Source: Gemmata obscuriglobus
GTDB lineage: Bacteria; Planctomycetota; Planctomycetia; Gemmatales; Gemmataceae
Assembly: GCF_008065095.1 (NCBI RefSeq)
Contig: NZ_CP042911.1
Coordinates: forward strand, 2,130,001 to 2,162,000
DNA length: 32,000 nucleotides
Direction of reading: 5' to 3'
Positions 9,328-17,479 of the stretch are shown here, piece by piece (position 1 is the stretch's first letter; the number at the start of each line of letters is the position of its first letter). The notes beneath the pieces were generated by a model. The model was not told the origin of the DNA and searched no databases. It saw nothing but the letters and a program-made list of their open reading frames with translations. The position numbers were made by a program, and so were the translations under genes.

Positions 9328-10194
9328 ATGGCTGACCTGATCTCCATCGACCGAGCCCTGGCACAGATCCCGACCGCAACGGACGACGACACCACGGTGA
9401 TCGCCGCTCTAATCACGGCAGCCAGCCAAGTCGTCGAAACCAAGCTGAACCGCACGTTCGCACAGGCCAGTTACGACGAGCTTCACAGCGTGGTGGGTCC
9501 GACCGCTTCCATTTGGGCGAATAACCCGCCGATCTCCGACCTGACTGGCGTCCGGAACAACGAACTTCCCGCCTTCTACGTGCAACTGAACGACCCGGCG
9601 AACCTCGTCCAGCGGGCCACGGTGGACATCACCCCGACGGCCGTGGTGCTGAAGAAGACCCTAAACAACGTCAGCACCACCAGCACCTTCACCTTCGCAG
9701 CGTACCCGACGTTCGAGATGCTTTACGCAGCGGTTAACGCCCTCGGTAGCGGGTGGACAGCGACCGGCATGAACAGTCAGTTCCTTCAGTGGCAGACTGC
9801 CGAGATGTGTACGAACCACGGAACTCGGTCCGCCAGGAACGTCTCGTGTCCATTGCTCGTGTTTTGGTGGGACGAGGTGTACTACCAGGTGAACAAAACC
9901 ACGGGCGAGATCATTCTCCCGGCCGTGCGTGGCGTCCAGAACTACCGCATTCAGTATACGGGCGGGTTCAGTACCGTTCCCGAAGCCGTTCAGCAGGCGG
10001 TTGCAGAACTCGTGCAACTCACCTTTGCGTCTCGGCTTCAAAACCCCCTGATGCAAAGCGAGACGCTCGACAAGTACAGCTACACGAAAGCCGCACAGAA
10101 CAACTGGGACTTGCTGTCACTCACGTCGAAGTCGGCACTGAGCATGTACAAAATCCCTCGTCTCACCACGCAAGGAGTACCATCCAAAATTTAA
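9328..10194 (+). CDS. Head-tail connector (gp6-like N-terminus) with long C-terminal extension
   Basis: The N-terminus MADLISIDRALAQIP..DDTTVIAALITAASQVVETKLNRTF matches the gp6-like head-tail connector pattern (recall only). ATG 9328 lies inside an ORF open from TTG 9310. Confidence 0.65.
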   Translation: MADLISIDRALAQIPTATDDDTTVIAALITAASQVVETKLNRTFAQASYDELHSVVGPTASIWANNPPISDLTGVRNNELPAFYVQLNDPANLVQRATVDITPTAVVLKKTLNNVSTTSTFTFAAYPTFEMLYAAVNALGSGWTATGMNSQFLQWQTAEMCTNHGTRSARNVSCPLLVFWWDEVYYQVNKTTGEIILPAVRGVQNYRIQYTGGFSTVPEAVQQAVAELVQLTFASRLQNPLMQSETLDKYSYTKAAQNNWDLLSLTSKSALSMYKIPRLTTQGVPSKI

Positions 10195-10544
10195 TGAGGC
10201 ATCGTGTAGCGGTGTGGCGTCAGAACCTCGTTCAGGGCACCGCCCAACGTATCGACAGGTACACGCAAGCATACGCTGGCGTCCCGTGTTTCATTCAGCC
10301 GGCGTCCTCGGCCCTTCAGTTGTACTATTCGCAGCGGGGCACGGTCGTCACGCACACGATCTACACCACGGCCGTCACCAGGGCATTCGAGCGGGAAGAC
10401 GTTCTGGTTGACGCTAAAGGCAACCAGTACCACCTGACGGCCGACCCGCTGAACGCTTTGGAAAGTGACGTGTACCTCCAACTCGTGGCAGAGCAGTACC
10501 CGGAAGGGGCAAAAAAGCGGCTTGATGTGGAGAGTTTCCAGTGA
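10194..10544 (+). CDS. Head-tail adaptor / head closure protein
   Basis: The ATG overlaps the previous stop (TAATG). It is 116 aa. The pattern RVAVWRQ...CFIQPAS...THTIYT...EDVLVDAKGNQYHL resembles Phage_H_T_join proteins. Confidence 0.6.
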   Translation: MRHRVAVWRQNLVQGTAQRIDRYTQAYAGVPCFIQPASSALQLYYSQRGTVVTHTIYTTAVTRAFEREDVLVDAKGNQYHLTADPLNALESDVYLQLVAEQYPEGAKKRLDVESFQ

Positions 10545-10933
10545 GCGTGAACTGGTACGGTCTGGATTTTCTGCGGCTCACGGAGTCCGAACTGGCCCGC
10601 AACATGGCCAAAGCCGGGGGCTACTTCGCCAGCAAGCTGCGGGGGTATCTGAACGATTCGCAGAGCTATAAGCGGACGCCGAGCGGCGGGTACGTGGGCC
10701 TCGATCCTTCCGTTCCGGGCGGGTTCCCGAAAAAGCTGTCCGGCCAGCTTCAGCGGAGCATCACCTGGGAACTGGACCGCCAGAAATTCGTGCTGACGGT
10801 CGGCACGAACTTGAAGGGGTATCCGAAGTTTTTGCAACTCGGGACGACGGTAATGAAACCACGACCCTGGCTGTCGCTGGGGTTCGACAAGACGAAAGAC
10901 GCCATCGCCCGCATCATCGTGACGGGTAAGTAA
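10541..10933 (+). CDS. HK97 gp10-family neck/tail-completion protein
   Basis: The GTG start overlaps the previous stop (GTGA). The LGTTVMKPRPWL motif is typical of the gp10 family, and the position fits. Confidence 0.6.
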   Translation: MSVNWYGLDFLRLTESELARNMAKAGGYFASKLRGYLNDSQSYKRTPSGGYVGLDPSVPGGFPKKLSGQLQRSITWELDRQKFVLTVGTNLKGYPKFLQLGTTVMKPRPWLSLGFDKTKDAIARIIVTGK

Positions 10934-10941
10934 GGGGGCAT

Positions 10942-11322
10942 TTGAGGAGCACTCTATCGCAGATTGTGACCACGATCAGGAACTTCAATTTGGTGATGCC
11001 GGGGCAGGTGAACGCCTTGACCACGGACAATCTTCAGCCCCCGTACATCCAGGTGGCCGAGTTTGTGCGGGTACCCAATCGGGACACCCAAAACGGCGTG
11101 TTGGAGTCCACCTTCAGCGTCTTGGTGGTCGCCAAGAACCTGGAGGAGGCTGAAGATTTGGCCGAGAACCTCGATTCGCACCTGACGAACAATTATGAAG
11201 CCACGGACCAGGACATCGGCATCTTTCAAGAGCAGTACGCCGTGGGCCTCACGGATCCGTCGAACTTGTATCAGGTCGGCGTGAAGCTGGATTACCGACT
11301 CTTCGAAGACCCCAACAAATAA
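10942..11322 (+). CDS. Tail terminator-like protein (DUF3168-like)
   Basis: TTG start lies after AGGGGG. It is 126 aa and sits just upstream of the tail tube genes. The family call is weak. Confidence 0.5.
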   Translation: MRSTLSQIVTTIRNFNLVMPGQVNALTTDNLQPPYIQVAEFVRVPNRDTQNGVLESTFSVLVVAKNLEEAEDLAENLDSHLTNNYEATDQDIGIFQEQYAVGLTDPSNLYQVGVKLDYRLFEDPNK

Positions 11323-11334
11323 CCCCGGAGGAAC

Positions 11335-11772
11335 ATGGCGAACACCGCACAAATCGACATCACGGTTTCAGTTCAGGACAACAAAACCGTCGGCCTCGGG
11401 ATTTATAACGGCAACCCGAAGATCGTAGCGTCCCTCGGTCTCTCTTCGGCACAGGCCGCCAAACGGTTCACGAAACAGGTCACTACGGGCAGTGGCACCA
11501 GCTACGACGTGACCACTGGCCTAACCGATGCGTTCGGCACCGCTCTGACGTTCGCCACAGTGAACGCCGTTGCAATTTACAACACGGGTGCGGCCTCGTT
11601 GACCGTTGGCGGCGGTTCCAACCCGCTGTTCGGCAGCGACCAATACACGGTGAAGGCGGGTCAGTGCCTCGTCATCCCGAACGTGCCGATCACGGTCAGC
11701 GGCAGCGTGAAAACCGTTCACATCGTCCCGGCCGCAAGTACCACCTGGCAGATCGCAATTCTGGGAGCGTGA
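11335..11772 (+). CDS. Hypothetical beta-rich virion protein
   Basis: GGAGG-aac-ATG start. It is 145 aa, Thr/Gly/Val-rich, with no recognised family. It sits between the terminator-like protein and the tail tube. Confidence 0.6.
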   Translation: MANTAQIDITVSVQDNKTVGLGIYNGNPKIVASLGLSSAQAAKRFTKQVTTGSGTSYDVTTGLTDAFGTALTFATVNAVAIYNTGAASLTVGGGSNPLFGSDQYTVKAGQCLVIPNVPITVSGSVKTVHIVPAASTTWQIAILGA

Positions 11773-11782
11773 CCCCTACATA

Positions 11783-11804
11783 CCTCCGGACTTAACACCG
11801 GAGG
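11783..11804 (+). promoter_or_regulatory. Hairpin that pairs the Shine-Dalgarno of the tail tube gene with an upstream CCTCCGG
   Basis: CCTCCGG (11783-11789) is complementary to CCGGAGG (11798-11804) across an 8 nt loop. The second arm contains the GGAGG RBS of the ATG at 11808. Confidence 0.45.
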
Positions 11805-11807
11805 AAC

Positions 11808-12185
11808 ATGGCAAAACAGATCGGTATGGGCGGCGGGGTGACGGCCGGCAGCACGGAGTGCCCCGTCACCGAATGGACCATTAACGTGAACAACGACACG
11901 CAGGACGTGACCGACACCGGCAGCGGAGGCTGGCAGGCGATGCTGGCCGGGGTCAACTCTGCCGAGACCACGTTCACCGCCTTCTGGGGAGGTGCTGTCA
12001 GCGTGTTGTCCACGCTGTTCGCCATCGGCACCACGGTGCCCATCACCCTGACCGTCGGCACCGGCGGGGGCGTGTTCGCCGGGTCGTTCGTCATCAAGAC
12101 GTTTTCCGTGAAGAACAACGCCAAGACGCCGGTCGAGTTCTCGTGTACCGGCACGAGTACCGGAGCCGTGACGATGCCGAGCTAA
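11808..12185 (+). CDS. Major tail tube protein
   Basis: GGAGG-aac-ATG start. It is 125 aa and lies immediately upstream of the chaperone pair. The W..N...DT.DVTDTGSGGW...G sequence resembles small siphovirus tube proteins (recall only). Confidence 0.6.
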   Translation: MAKQIGMGGGVTAGSTECPVTEWTINVNNDTQDVTDTGSGGWQAMLAGVNSAETTFTAFWGGAVSVLSTLFAIGTTVPITLTVGTGGGVFAGSFVIKTFSVKNNAKTPVEFSCTGTSTGAVTMPS

Positions 12186-12201
12186 AAATCAAGGGAGACC
12201 C

Positions 12202-12645
12202 ATGAAAGAGATCGAAATCGGCGGCAAACAATACCGCCTGACCCCCATCACCGCACAGGACTACGCCTTAGTGGCCGAGGAGTACCGGGCCTCTCGCCCG
12301 GACCCGGTGAAGCAACTCCTAGAAACGGCCAACGACCTGCCGGAGGGCCTTCGGGACGATTTCGTTAAGAAGCATCTGGATCAGGCGTTCGAAGAGAAGA
12401 AGCGGGCCGGTGCCATCAATGACGCAGCGTTCCAAGGGTACCTCTCCACCGTCGAAGGGGGAACCAAATTGTTCGTCCGCACGCTGCGAAAGTATCAACC
12501 GGGTCTGACGGCAAAAGAGGCCGGTGACATCTTTTGGGAGGGGGTGGCCGAACACGGCGACGGGTTTCTTGACGGGCTGGTTCCGAAGGGCGTGGCGGGT
12601 GCCCATGTCCGAGGCCGACGTGGAAAAGGCGTTCTTCCAGGCTAA
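12202..12645 (+). CDS. Tail assembly chaperone (G-like)
   Basis: GGGAG lies before the ATG. The N-terminus MKEIEIGGKQYRLTPITAQDY is typical of tail assembly chaperones. The gene lies directly before the tape measure. The 3' tail overlaps a second open frame. Confidence 0.7.
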   Translation: MKEIEIGGKQYRLTPITAQDYALVAEEYRASRPDPVKQLLETANDLPEGLRDDFVKKHLDQAFEEKKRAGAINDAAFQGYLSTVEGGTKLFVRTLRKYQPGLTAKEAGDIFWEGVAEHGDGFLDGLVPKGVAGAHVRGRRGKGVLPG

Positions 12646-12964
12646 GGGACACATCCCGTCGCCAAAGTACCGAGCCGGCGACGGCACGCTGAAAGACATC
12701 CCGCCCCCGGACCCGGTGTTCGTCACCGATGCCGTTCGGGCCGTGTGCCACAAGTACGAACTACCCGCTAACGAGGTGTGGGGGCACACGATCACCGACC
12801 TGTTTGTGATGCTCCGGCCGCCGGAGGACGCTGACATGGAGTCGAGCGACCGGGGCGGTCAGATCATGGACCTGCTCCTCCTCGACGAACGGATTACGCT
12901 GCTGGCGAAGCTCGCCGTGTGGGAGCGGATCGAACTGGAAACGTGGAAGGCCGAACTGATGTGA
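12524..12964 (+). CDS. Second chaperone frame (T-like): frameshift extension of the G frame, or an independent gene from ATG 12605
   Basis: The frame is open from 12524 and overlaps the G frame by 122 nt. It is offset +1 relative to G. It ends 10 nt before the tape measure start. Confidence 0.55.
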   Translation: MTSFGRGWPNTATGFLTGWFRRAWRVPMSEADVEKAFFQAKGHIPSPKYRAGDGTLKDIPPPDPVFVTDAVRAVCHKYELPANEVWGHTITDLFVMLRPPEDADMESSDRGGQIMDLLLLDERITLLAKLAVWERIELETWKAELM

Positions 12965-12974
12965 CAGGAGGACC

Positions 12975-14312
12975 GTGGCGGTAACGGGAAAGATTGCTGA
13001 CGGCATTATTCAGATCGCTCTGGCCGGGTACGAAAAGGTCAAGGAGCAACTGAACGCCGTCAAAGGGCAACTGGGCCAGATGAAGAACGGCCTGGACACC
13101 CTCACGTCCGCCTCGGCCAAAGGGTTTGCCGTCGCCTCGGCTGGCATTCTTGGCTTCCTGAAAGCGGCCGACCCGGTGCGGTTCACCATCTTCACGCAGA
13201 AATTGGAGGTGCTCGCCATTCATATCGGCCGCACCTTCATCCCGCTGCTCGAATCGGCCATCAAGTGGATCGACAAGCTAATTGCGTACTTCAGCAAGCT
13301 CAGTGACGGCCAGCGGGACAATATCCTCCACTGGTCGAAGATCGGCCTACTAATTCTGGGCGTCGGGACCGCAATTGGTAAAGCCATCAGTTTGATTTCG
13401 AGCTTGTGGAGCCTTATCTCGGCCGGTGTCGGCGTGGTCCGGCCGCTGGTCGAGATCCTGTCGAAGATCATCCCTATCGGCAAGGTTCTGCGGCTGTTGA
13501 CGCTGGGGTTCCTGTTGTTCAACGGCGAAGCAGGTCGGGCGACCGAACTGTTTGGCAAGCTGAAGGAAATGGCCCTTCCGGCTCTGGAGAGCTTGTGGGG
13601 CGTGTTGAAGAAGGTGTACGAGGCGTTCGTCCAGGTCGGGGGCCTGGTGGGCGACATCGTGGACGACATCTTCAACGGCATCGGCGGCGGACTGCTGGAC
13701 GTGTTCGAAGAGGCGTTACCGCTGATTCAGTTGGCACTGAACCACATGAAGGCCATCCTGGATCTTATCGGGACGGCCTTGTCTGAGGTGGTTAGTGTCA
13801 TCAAGGACGCTAAGGCGATTTACTCGGTGTTGAGAGAGAAAAAGGCGAGCGAGCTGCCGAAAGCGATTGCTCAGGGCCTCGGTCGGGCCGTGGTGAACGA
13901 CCTGGAAGGTGCGGCCGGAAACATCAGCGACTTCTTCGGCGGTTTCGGCAAAGAAACGCTGGGTGGTGTGGCTGATTTTGTTCGGGACGATGTGATTGGC
14001 GGCAAAGCGGACGAAGACGCTATGTCAGCGGCCCGGGAGCGACTGGACACCACAGACGGCGACTTCAGCGGCCACGGGTCCGGTGGCGAATTTACCGGGG
14101 CGGGCGGCAAGTACAACCCGCTCCTCCCGCCGGTACGGGTACAGAATTTTGGTCTGGAAGAGGCGTTCAAGAAGGCCCAGCAAGGGGCCAGCTTCGACCC
14201 GACAAAAATTGCGGAGAACGAGCGGAAAAAGATCGCCATCGAGAGTCGGGATTATTTGAAATCGATCAGCGAAAAGGTGACCCCAGAGAGTGCGGCGGCT
14301 GGTGCGTTTTAA
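12975..14312 (+). CDS. Tape measure protein (short, 445 aa)
   Basis: AGGAGG-acc-GTG start. The protein looks helical with long hydrophobic stretches (LLILGVGTAIGKAISLISSLWSLISAGVGV) and a Gly-rich C-terminal part. It follows the chaperones. Confidence 0.75.
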   Translation: MAVTGKIADGIIQIALAGYEKVKEQLNAVKGQLGQMKNGLDTLTSASAKGFAVASAGILGFLKAADPVRFTIFTQKLEVLAIHIGRTFIPLLESAIKWIDKLIAYFSKLSDGQRDNILHWSKIGLLILGVGTAIGKAISLISSLWSLISAGVGVVRPLVEILSKIIPIGKVLRLLTLGFLLFNGEAGRATELFGKLKEMALPALESLWGVLKKVYEAFVQVGGLVGDIVDDIFNGIGGGLLDVFEEALPLIQLALNHMKAILDLIGTALSEVVSVIKDAKAIYSVLREKKASELPKAIAQGLGRAVVNDLEGAAGNISDFFGGFGKETLGGVADFVRDDVIGGKADEDAMSAARERLDTTDGDFSGHGSGGEFTGAGGKYNPLLPPVRVQNFGLEEAFKKAQQGASFDPTKIAENERKKIAIESRDYLKSISEKVTPESAAAGAF

Positions 14313-14327
14313 TTCATACGGAGGACC

Positions 14328-15320
14328 ATGAGTTTAGCGGAGTACGGCTACACCCTGACCACGAAGGACTCGAACGCAGAGTGGGACGCCACAGACTACA
14401 AGATCATAGCGAGTGGGTCCGGTGGCGGCACGTTCGCACCGGGCAACAGCCAGGCCACGATCGTCTATCTAGTCGAATACTACTACGTCGAGCGGTTCCT
14501 GGACGTGGTGCTTGGTAAAACCGTGAACCCCGGCACCGGTCTTCTTCGCCGGTCGGCCTCGGCCCCGGAGTTCGATTCTCTTCAAGGCTCTACCCCTGAA
14601 GAGCACCCGTACTTTTACAATTTTTTTGCCGCAAGTGCCGAGGTGGTGCCGATGGGCAAGCCGTCGGAGGACGTGGACGGTAGCCCGCTCTGGGCCAAGG
14701 CGTTGGTGACGGTCGTGTTCCGCCCGAACAACTACCTCATTGTGCCGGACGGGGAGTATACCAGCACCACCGAGATAAACCGATTCGTGGTCAAAACGCA
14801 GGAAGGCAACGCTGATTTTCAAACGTCACAGGGGCAGTTCAGGTTCGTGACGGACCCGGAACACCGGCCACTGGAAATTCAGCCAGCCATTGTCATTGCC
14901 AACCAACGACTCACGTACATTTGGAAGCAGGTGCCGGTGAAGGTGGACGTTGACGGCCGTCCGGACCTCGGCAAGATCCCGAACCTGGGCACCGTACTGC
15001 CGCTGGAAGGCACGATCAACGAGACCGTTTTCGACGGGTACGAACCGGGAACCGTTTTGTTTTCGGCGTACACGCCGACATTGGTGATGCCCCAAGCGGC
15101 CACGGCGAACAACTATTACTGGGAGATCGCTTACGCCCTGTCGGTGCGGGACTACGGTGTGTCGTTCACGCCCGTCGTGCCGGGCGAACACGTCGGCTGG
15201 AACTACGCCTACGACCCGACCCGGAACCAGTGGGACTTGTACACGGACACGGGTCTCGTCGACGGTCGGCCCATGTACAAGTACGGCGAGTTGAACGACC
15301 TGTTTGCGGTGACGTGGTAA
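14328..15320 (+). CDS. Distal tail / baseplate protein (positional call)
   Basis: GGAGG-acc-ATG start. It is 330 aa and is the first gene after the tape measure. No motif recognised. Confidence 0.55.
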   Translation: MSLAEYGYTLTTKDSNAEWDATDYKIIASGSGGGTFAPGNSQATIVYLVEYYYVERFLDVVLGKTVNPGTGLLRRSASAPEFDSLQGSTPEEHPYFYNFFAASAEVVPMGKPSEDVDGSPLWAKALVTVVFRPNNYLIVPDGEYTSTTEINRFVVKTQEGNADFQTSQGQFRFVTDPEHRPLEIQPAIVIANQRLTYIWKQVPVKVDVDGRPDLGKIPNLGTVLPLEGTINETVFDGYEPGTVLFSAYTPTLVMPQAATANNYYWEIAYALSVRDYGVSFTPVVPGEHVGWNYAYDPTRNQWDLYTDTGLVDGRPMYKYGELNDLFAVTW

Positions 15321-15329
15321 AGGGGGCCA

Positions 15330-15980
15330 GTGCTTCAGAAGCTCAGTGCGTTCCAGACGGTGACACCGGCCGAATACAACCGGCTGGTTGAGTACGTCAA
15401 CACGATTACCGACATTCGCACCAGCCCGCCACTGGAGGTGTCGCACTTCGGCGGCGGCACGCAACTGCGGGTGATCCAGACCGGGTTCCAGGCGGCCGTC
15501 ACCGGGGTCGTTGACCTGGACGCCTCCCCGCCCTCGTCATCTTCATCCGAACCCAGCAACCGGTTCAAATACACGGTTCAAGAGGTCATTCAGCTCCCCA
15601 ACGGGAAGTGGGAGTACCTTGAAAACGGGCGATTGCTGACGGGTGGCATCGGCGTCTGGGAATGGAACGACCGTCGGGTGGACGTGGGCACCGTCGTGTC
15701 CGTAGAACAGTGGGACGTGTACGACTGGCGGTTCAACGCCGGGGGCGGTGAAGAAGAGGGCTCATCATCTTCGTCATCAGGTTCGTCCGGCTCATCGTCT
15801 TCGTCATCTTCTTCGAACTCTTCGAAATCGTCGAACTCGTCCAGTTCCTCGGGTTCGTCCTCGTCGGGCGGGTGCTTCGATTTGGTGTCGAACCTCGTGT
15901 ACGACGCCGAGGCGTGTACTCTCACGGTCACCAAGCTGAGTGTGTGCATCCCCGACTGCGTGACCGTGATTTACAGCTAA
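15330..15980 (+). CDS. Distal tail protein with poly-Ser linker and Cys-containing C-terminal module
   Basis: GTG start lies after GGGGG. A Ser-rich tract covers residues 145-179, and a shorter PPSSSSSEPS lies at 67-76. The C-terminal 36 aa contain 4 Cys. Confidence 0.6.
   Translation: MLQKLSAFQTVTPAEYNRLVEYVNTITDIRTSPPLEVSHFGGGTQLRVIQTGFQAAVTGVVDLDASPPSSSSSEPSNRFKYTVQEVIQLPNGKWEYLENGRLLTGGIGVWEWNDRRVDVGTVVSVEQWDVYDWRFNAGGGEEEGSSSSSSGSSGSSSSSSSSNSSKSSNSSSSSGSSSSGGCFDLVSNLVYDAEACTLTVTKLSVCIPDCVTVIYS
15762..15866 (+). repeat. Low-complexity Ser-rich coding tract (Ser runs broken by Gly, Asn and Lys)
   Basis: The DNA is mostly TCx/AGy Ser codons. It translates as SSSSSSGSSGSSSSSSSSNSSKSSNSSSSSGSSSS. 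Confidence 0.9.
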
Positions 15981-15988
15981 GGAGGCCC

Positions 15989-16465
15989 GTGCCCGGCGAC
16001 ATCGACCTGACGATGATGTGTGAAGATTGCTGCCAGCCGAAACCGGACTACGACCTGGTTTGTAGTACCCCCTGCTTGCTACCGAACCGGGTGATGGTCA
16101 CCATCACGTCGACGTGTCCGGAGTTCAACGCCGAGACGGGCGGAAGTTACGTTGTTTACGCAGAAAACGATGGCACTCCGGGAACGTTGTGGGCGGTATC
16201 GGCGTTCGGGACCGGGTGGGGCGTGTTCGGTCACATTTTGTGCGGCGGTGGGGACTGTGGCGGTTACTGCTACGGACCGTTCCGGTTCGACGGTGGGACG
16301 TTTTGTTCGTCAATCTTTGCCGTCGCCTACGAGTGCTGCACCTGGTCCAATCAGTACAGCACCGGAGAAGCCCAACCCGTTGTGGACGCCAATCTTTATC
16401 TGTACGGCGGAATGTATGTTCTTCATATCGAAGATTACGGCGGTGGTGACCCGGGATGTGAGTAA
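15989..16465 (+). CDS. Cys-rich (13 Cys in 158 aa) distal tail protein
   Basis: AAGGAGG-ccc-GTG at 15989 lies inside an ORF open from 15872. CC and CxxC-like clusters are present (CEDCC, CGGGDCGGYC, ECC). Confidence 0.6.
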   Translation: MPGDIDLTMMCEDCCQPKPDYDLVCSTPCLLPNRVMVTITSTCPEFNAETGGSYVVYAENDGTPGTLWAVSAFGTGWGVFGHILCGGGDCGGYCYGPFRFDGGTFCSSIFAVAYECCTWSNQYSTGEAQPVVDANLYLYGGMYVLHIEDYGGGDPGCE

Positions 16466-16473
16466 GGAGGAGT

Positions 16474-17181
16474 GTGGCCGGACCGATCTTAGAGCCGTTG
16501 CCCAGTCTTACGCCGATTGAACCGTCGTCGAGTGCCGCACCAGTATCGAGTGCAGCACCCATTGAACCGTCGTCGAGTGCGACCCCGCTTCCGTCTTCAA
16601 GTGCGGCTCCTTTGCCGTCATCGAGTGCGACCCCGCTTCCGTCTTCAAGTACGGCTCCTTTGCCGTCATCCAGTGCGACTCCTTTGCCGTCATCCAGCAC
16701 AACTCCTTCGCCGTCATCGAGTTCCGCACCGCTGCCGTCTTCAAGCACCGCACCCTCATCAAGCCGTTCTTCTTCAAGCTCATCGTCGAGGGGCCGCTCC
16801 ATCACGATCCCCCTCGGCGGGTGCTGTGGCTGTTCGTCGTCATCGTCTTCGGCAAGTGCCGTTCCATGTAGTAGTTACCCGGGCTCTCTGTCGTACACGG
16901 TGTCACCGAACTGTACGCCGGGCATCCCGGCCCTTCCACTGACGGGCGGTCCGACGGTGTGGAACGCCGGGGCCACTACTAGCTGTGCCCCGACCGGATG
17001 GAGTATCACGCTGCACTGTTCGGGCGGTGCCCTGACGTACTCGGTTGCGGATGGCGGTGGGACGTACACCGGAGGCGTGACGATTTTCTCGACCAGCCCG
17101 TTTCACGCTCAAATCGTTTACACACCGGGGCCGGGTTCGTGCTGCGGCGGCACGCCTCAAACCATCGACATCACGGCGTAA
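16474..17181 (+). CDS. Ser/Pro tandem-repeat protein with Cys-rich C-terminal domain (candidate fibre / receptor-binding protein)
   Basis: AGGAGG-agt-GTG start. An N-terminal (A/T)(A/T)PLPSSS array is followed by a poly-Ser tract. The C-terminal domain has 9 Cys (GGCCGC, SCC). Confidence 0.65.
   Translation: MAGPILEPLPSLTPIEPSSSAAPVSSAAPIEPSSSATPLPSSSAAPLPSSSATPLPSSSTAPLPSSSATPLPSSSTTPSPSSSSAPLPSSSTAPSSSRSSSSSSSRGRSITIPLGGCCGCSSSSSSASAVPCSSYPGSLSYTVSPNCTPGIPALPLTGGPTVWNAGATTSCAPTGWSITLHCSGGALTYSVADGGGTYTGGVTIFSTSPFHAQIVYTPGPGSCCGGTPQTIDITA
16513..16790 (+). repeat. In-frame tandem repeat, about 24 nt unit (xxPLPSSS), with a near-exact 48 nt higher-order copy
   Basis: gtgcgaccccgcttccgtcttcaagt(g/a)cggctcctttgccgtcatc occurs twice in succession. 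About 8 degenerate units are present. Confidence 0.85.
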
Positions 17182-17209
17182 ATCTGGACGGCAGAACTCT
17201 TAATACTGC

Positions 17210-17479
17210 ATGTGGATTGATGAATTAAAACGTGAACTGACGGGCCGAATGCTCGACATCTGGGATGGCACCAGCGGCTTAGCCCCCGACATTGAAGAGG
17301 GGTACCGGCGGTTGTGGCGGCGACAAGCGGCCTCGGCCAAGGAGGGGGTTCGACCCGGACGAGACGGTCCGGCGTCGGGGTGCGGTTGTAAAGGAGAACA
17401 TGGGCAACGGCGTACCGCTAGAGAAGCAAGCAGCTCCTCCGTATCGTCTTCACCTCCGTCAGGGGCAGTGTCCGGGTGA
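17210..17479 (+). CDS. Doubtful small ORF (MWIDELKRELTGRMLDIWDG...)
   Basis: ATG ORF of 89 aa. The first ~45 aa look protein-like and the rest is low complexity. It overlaps the next gene by 80 nt and has no SD. Confidence 0.25.
   Translation: MWIDELKRELTGRMLDIWDGTSGLAPDIEEGYRRLWRRQAASAKEGVRPGRDGPASGCGCKGEHGQRRTAREASSSSVSSSPPSGAVSG

Noticed and set aside
16513-16790. Possible CRISPR array, because of regularly spaced repeats
   Set aside because: The units are contiguous 24 nt in-frame coding repeats without unique spacers. This is a protein tandem repeat.
16125-16805. 226 aa minus-strand ORF with LDDGKGxxLEDGSG repeats
   Set aside because: It is the reverse-complement reading of the Ser/Pro tandem repeat. 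The plus-strand gene has a perfect AGGAGG-N3-GTG start and continues into a Cys-rich domain.
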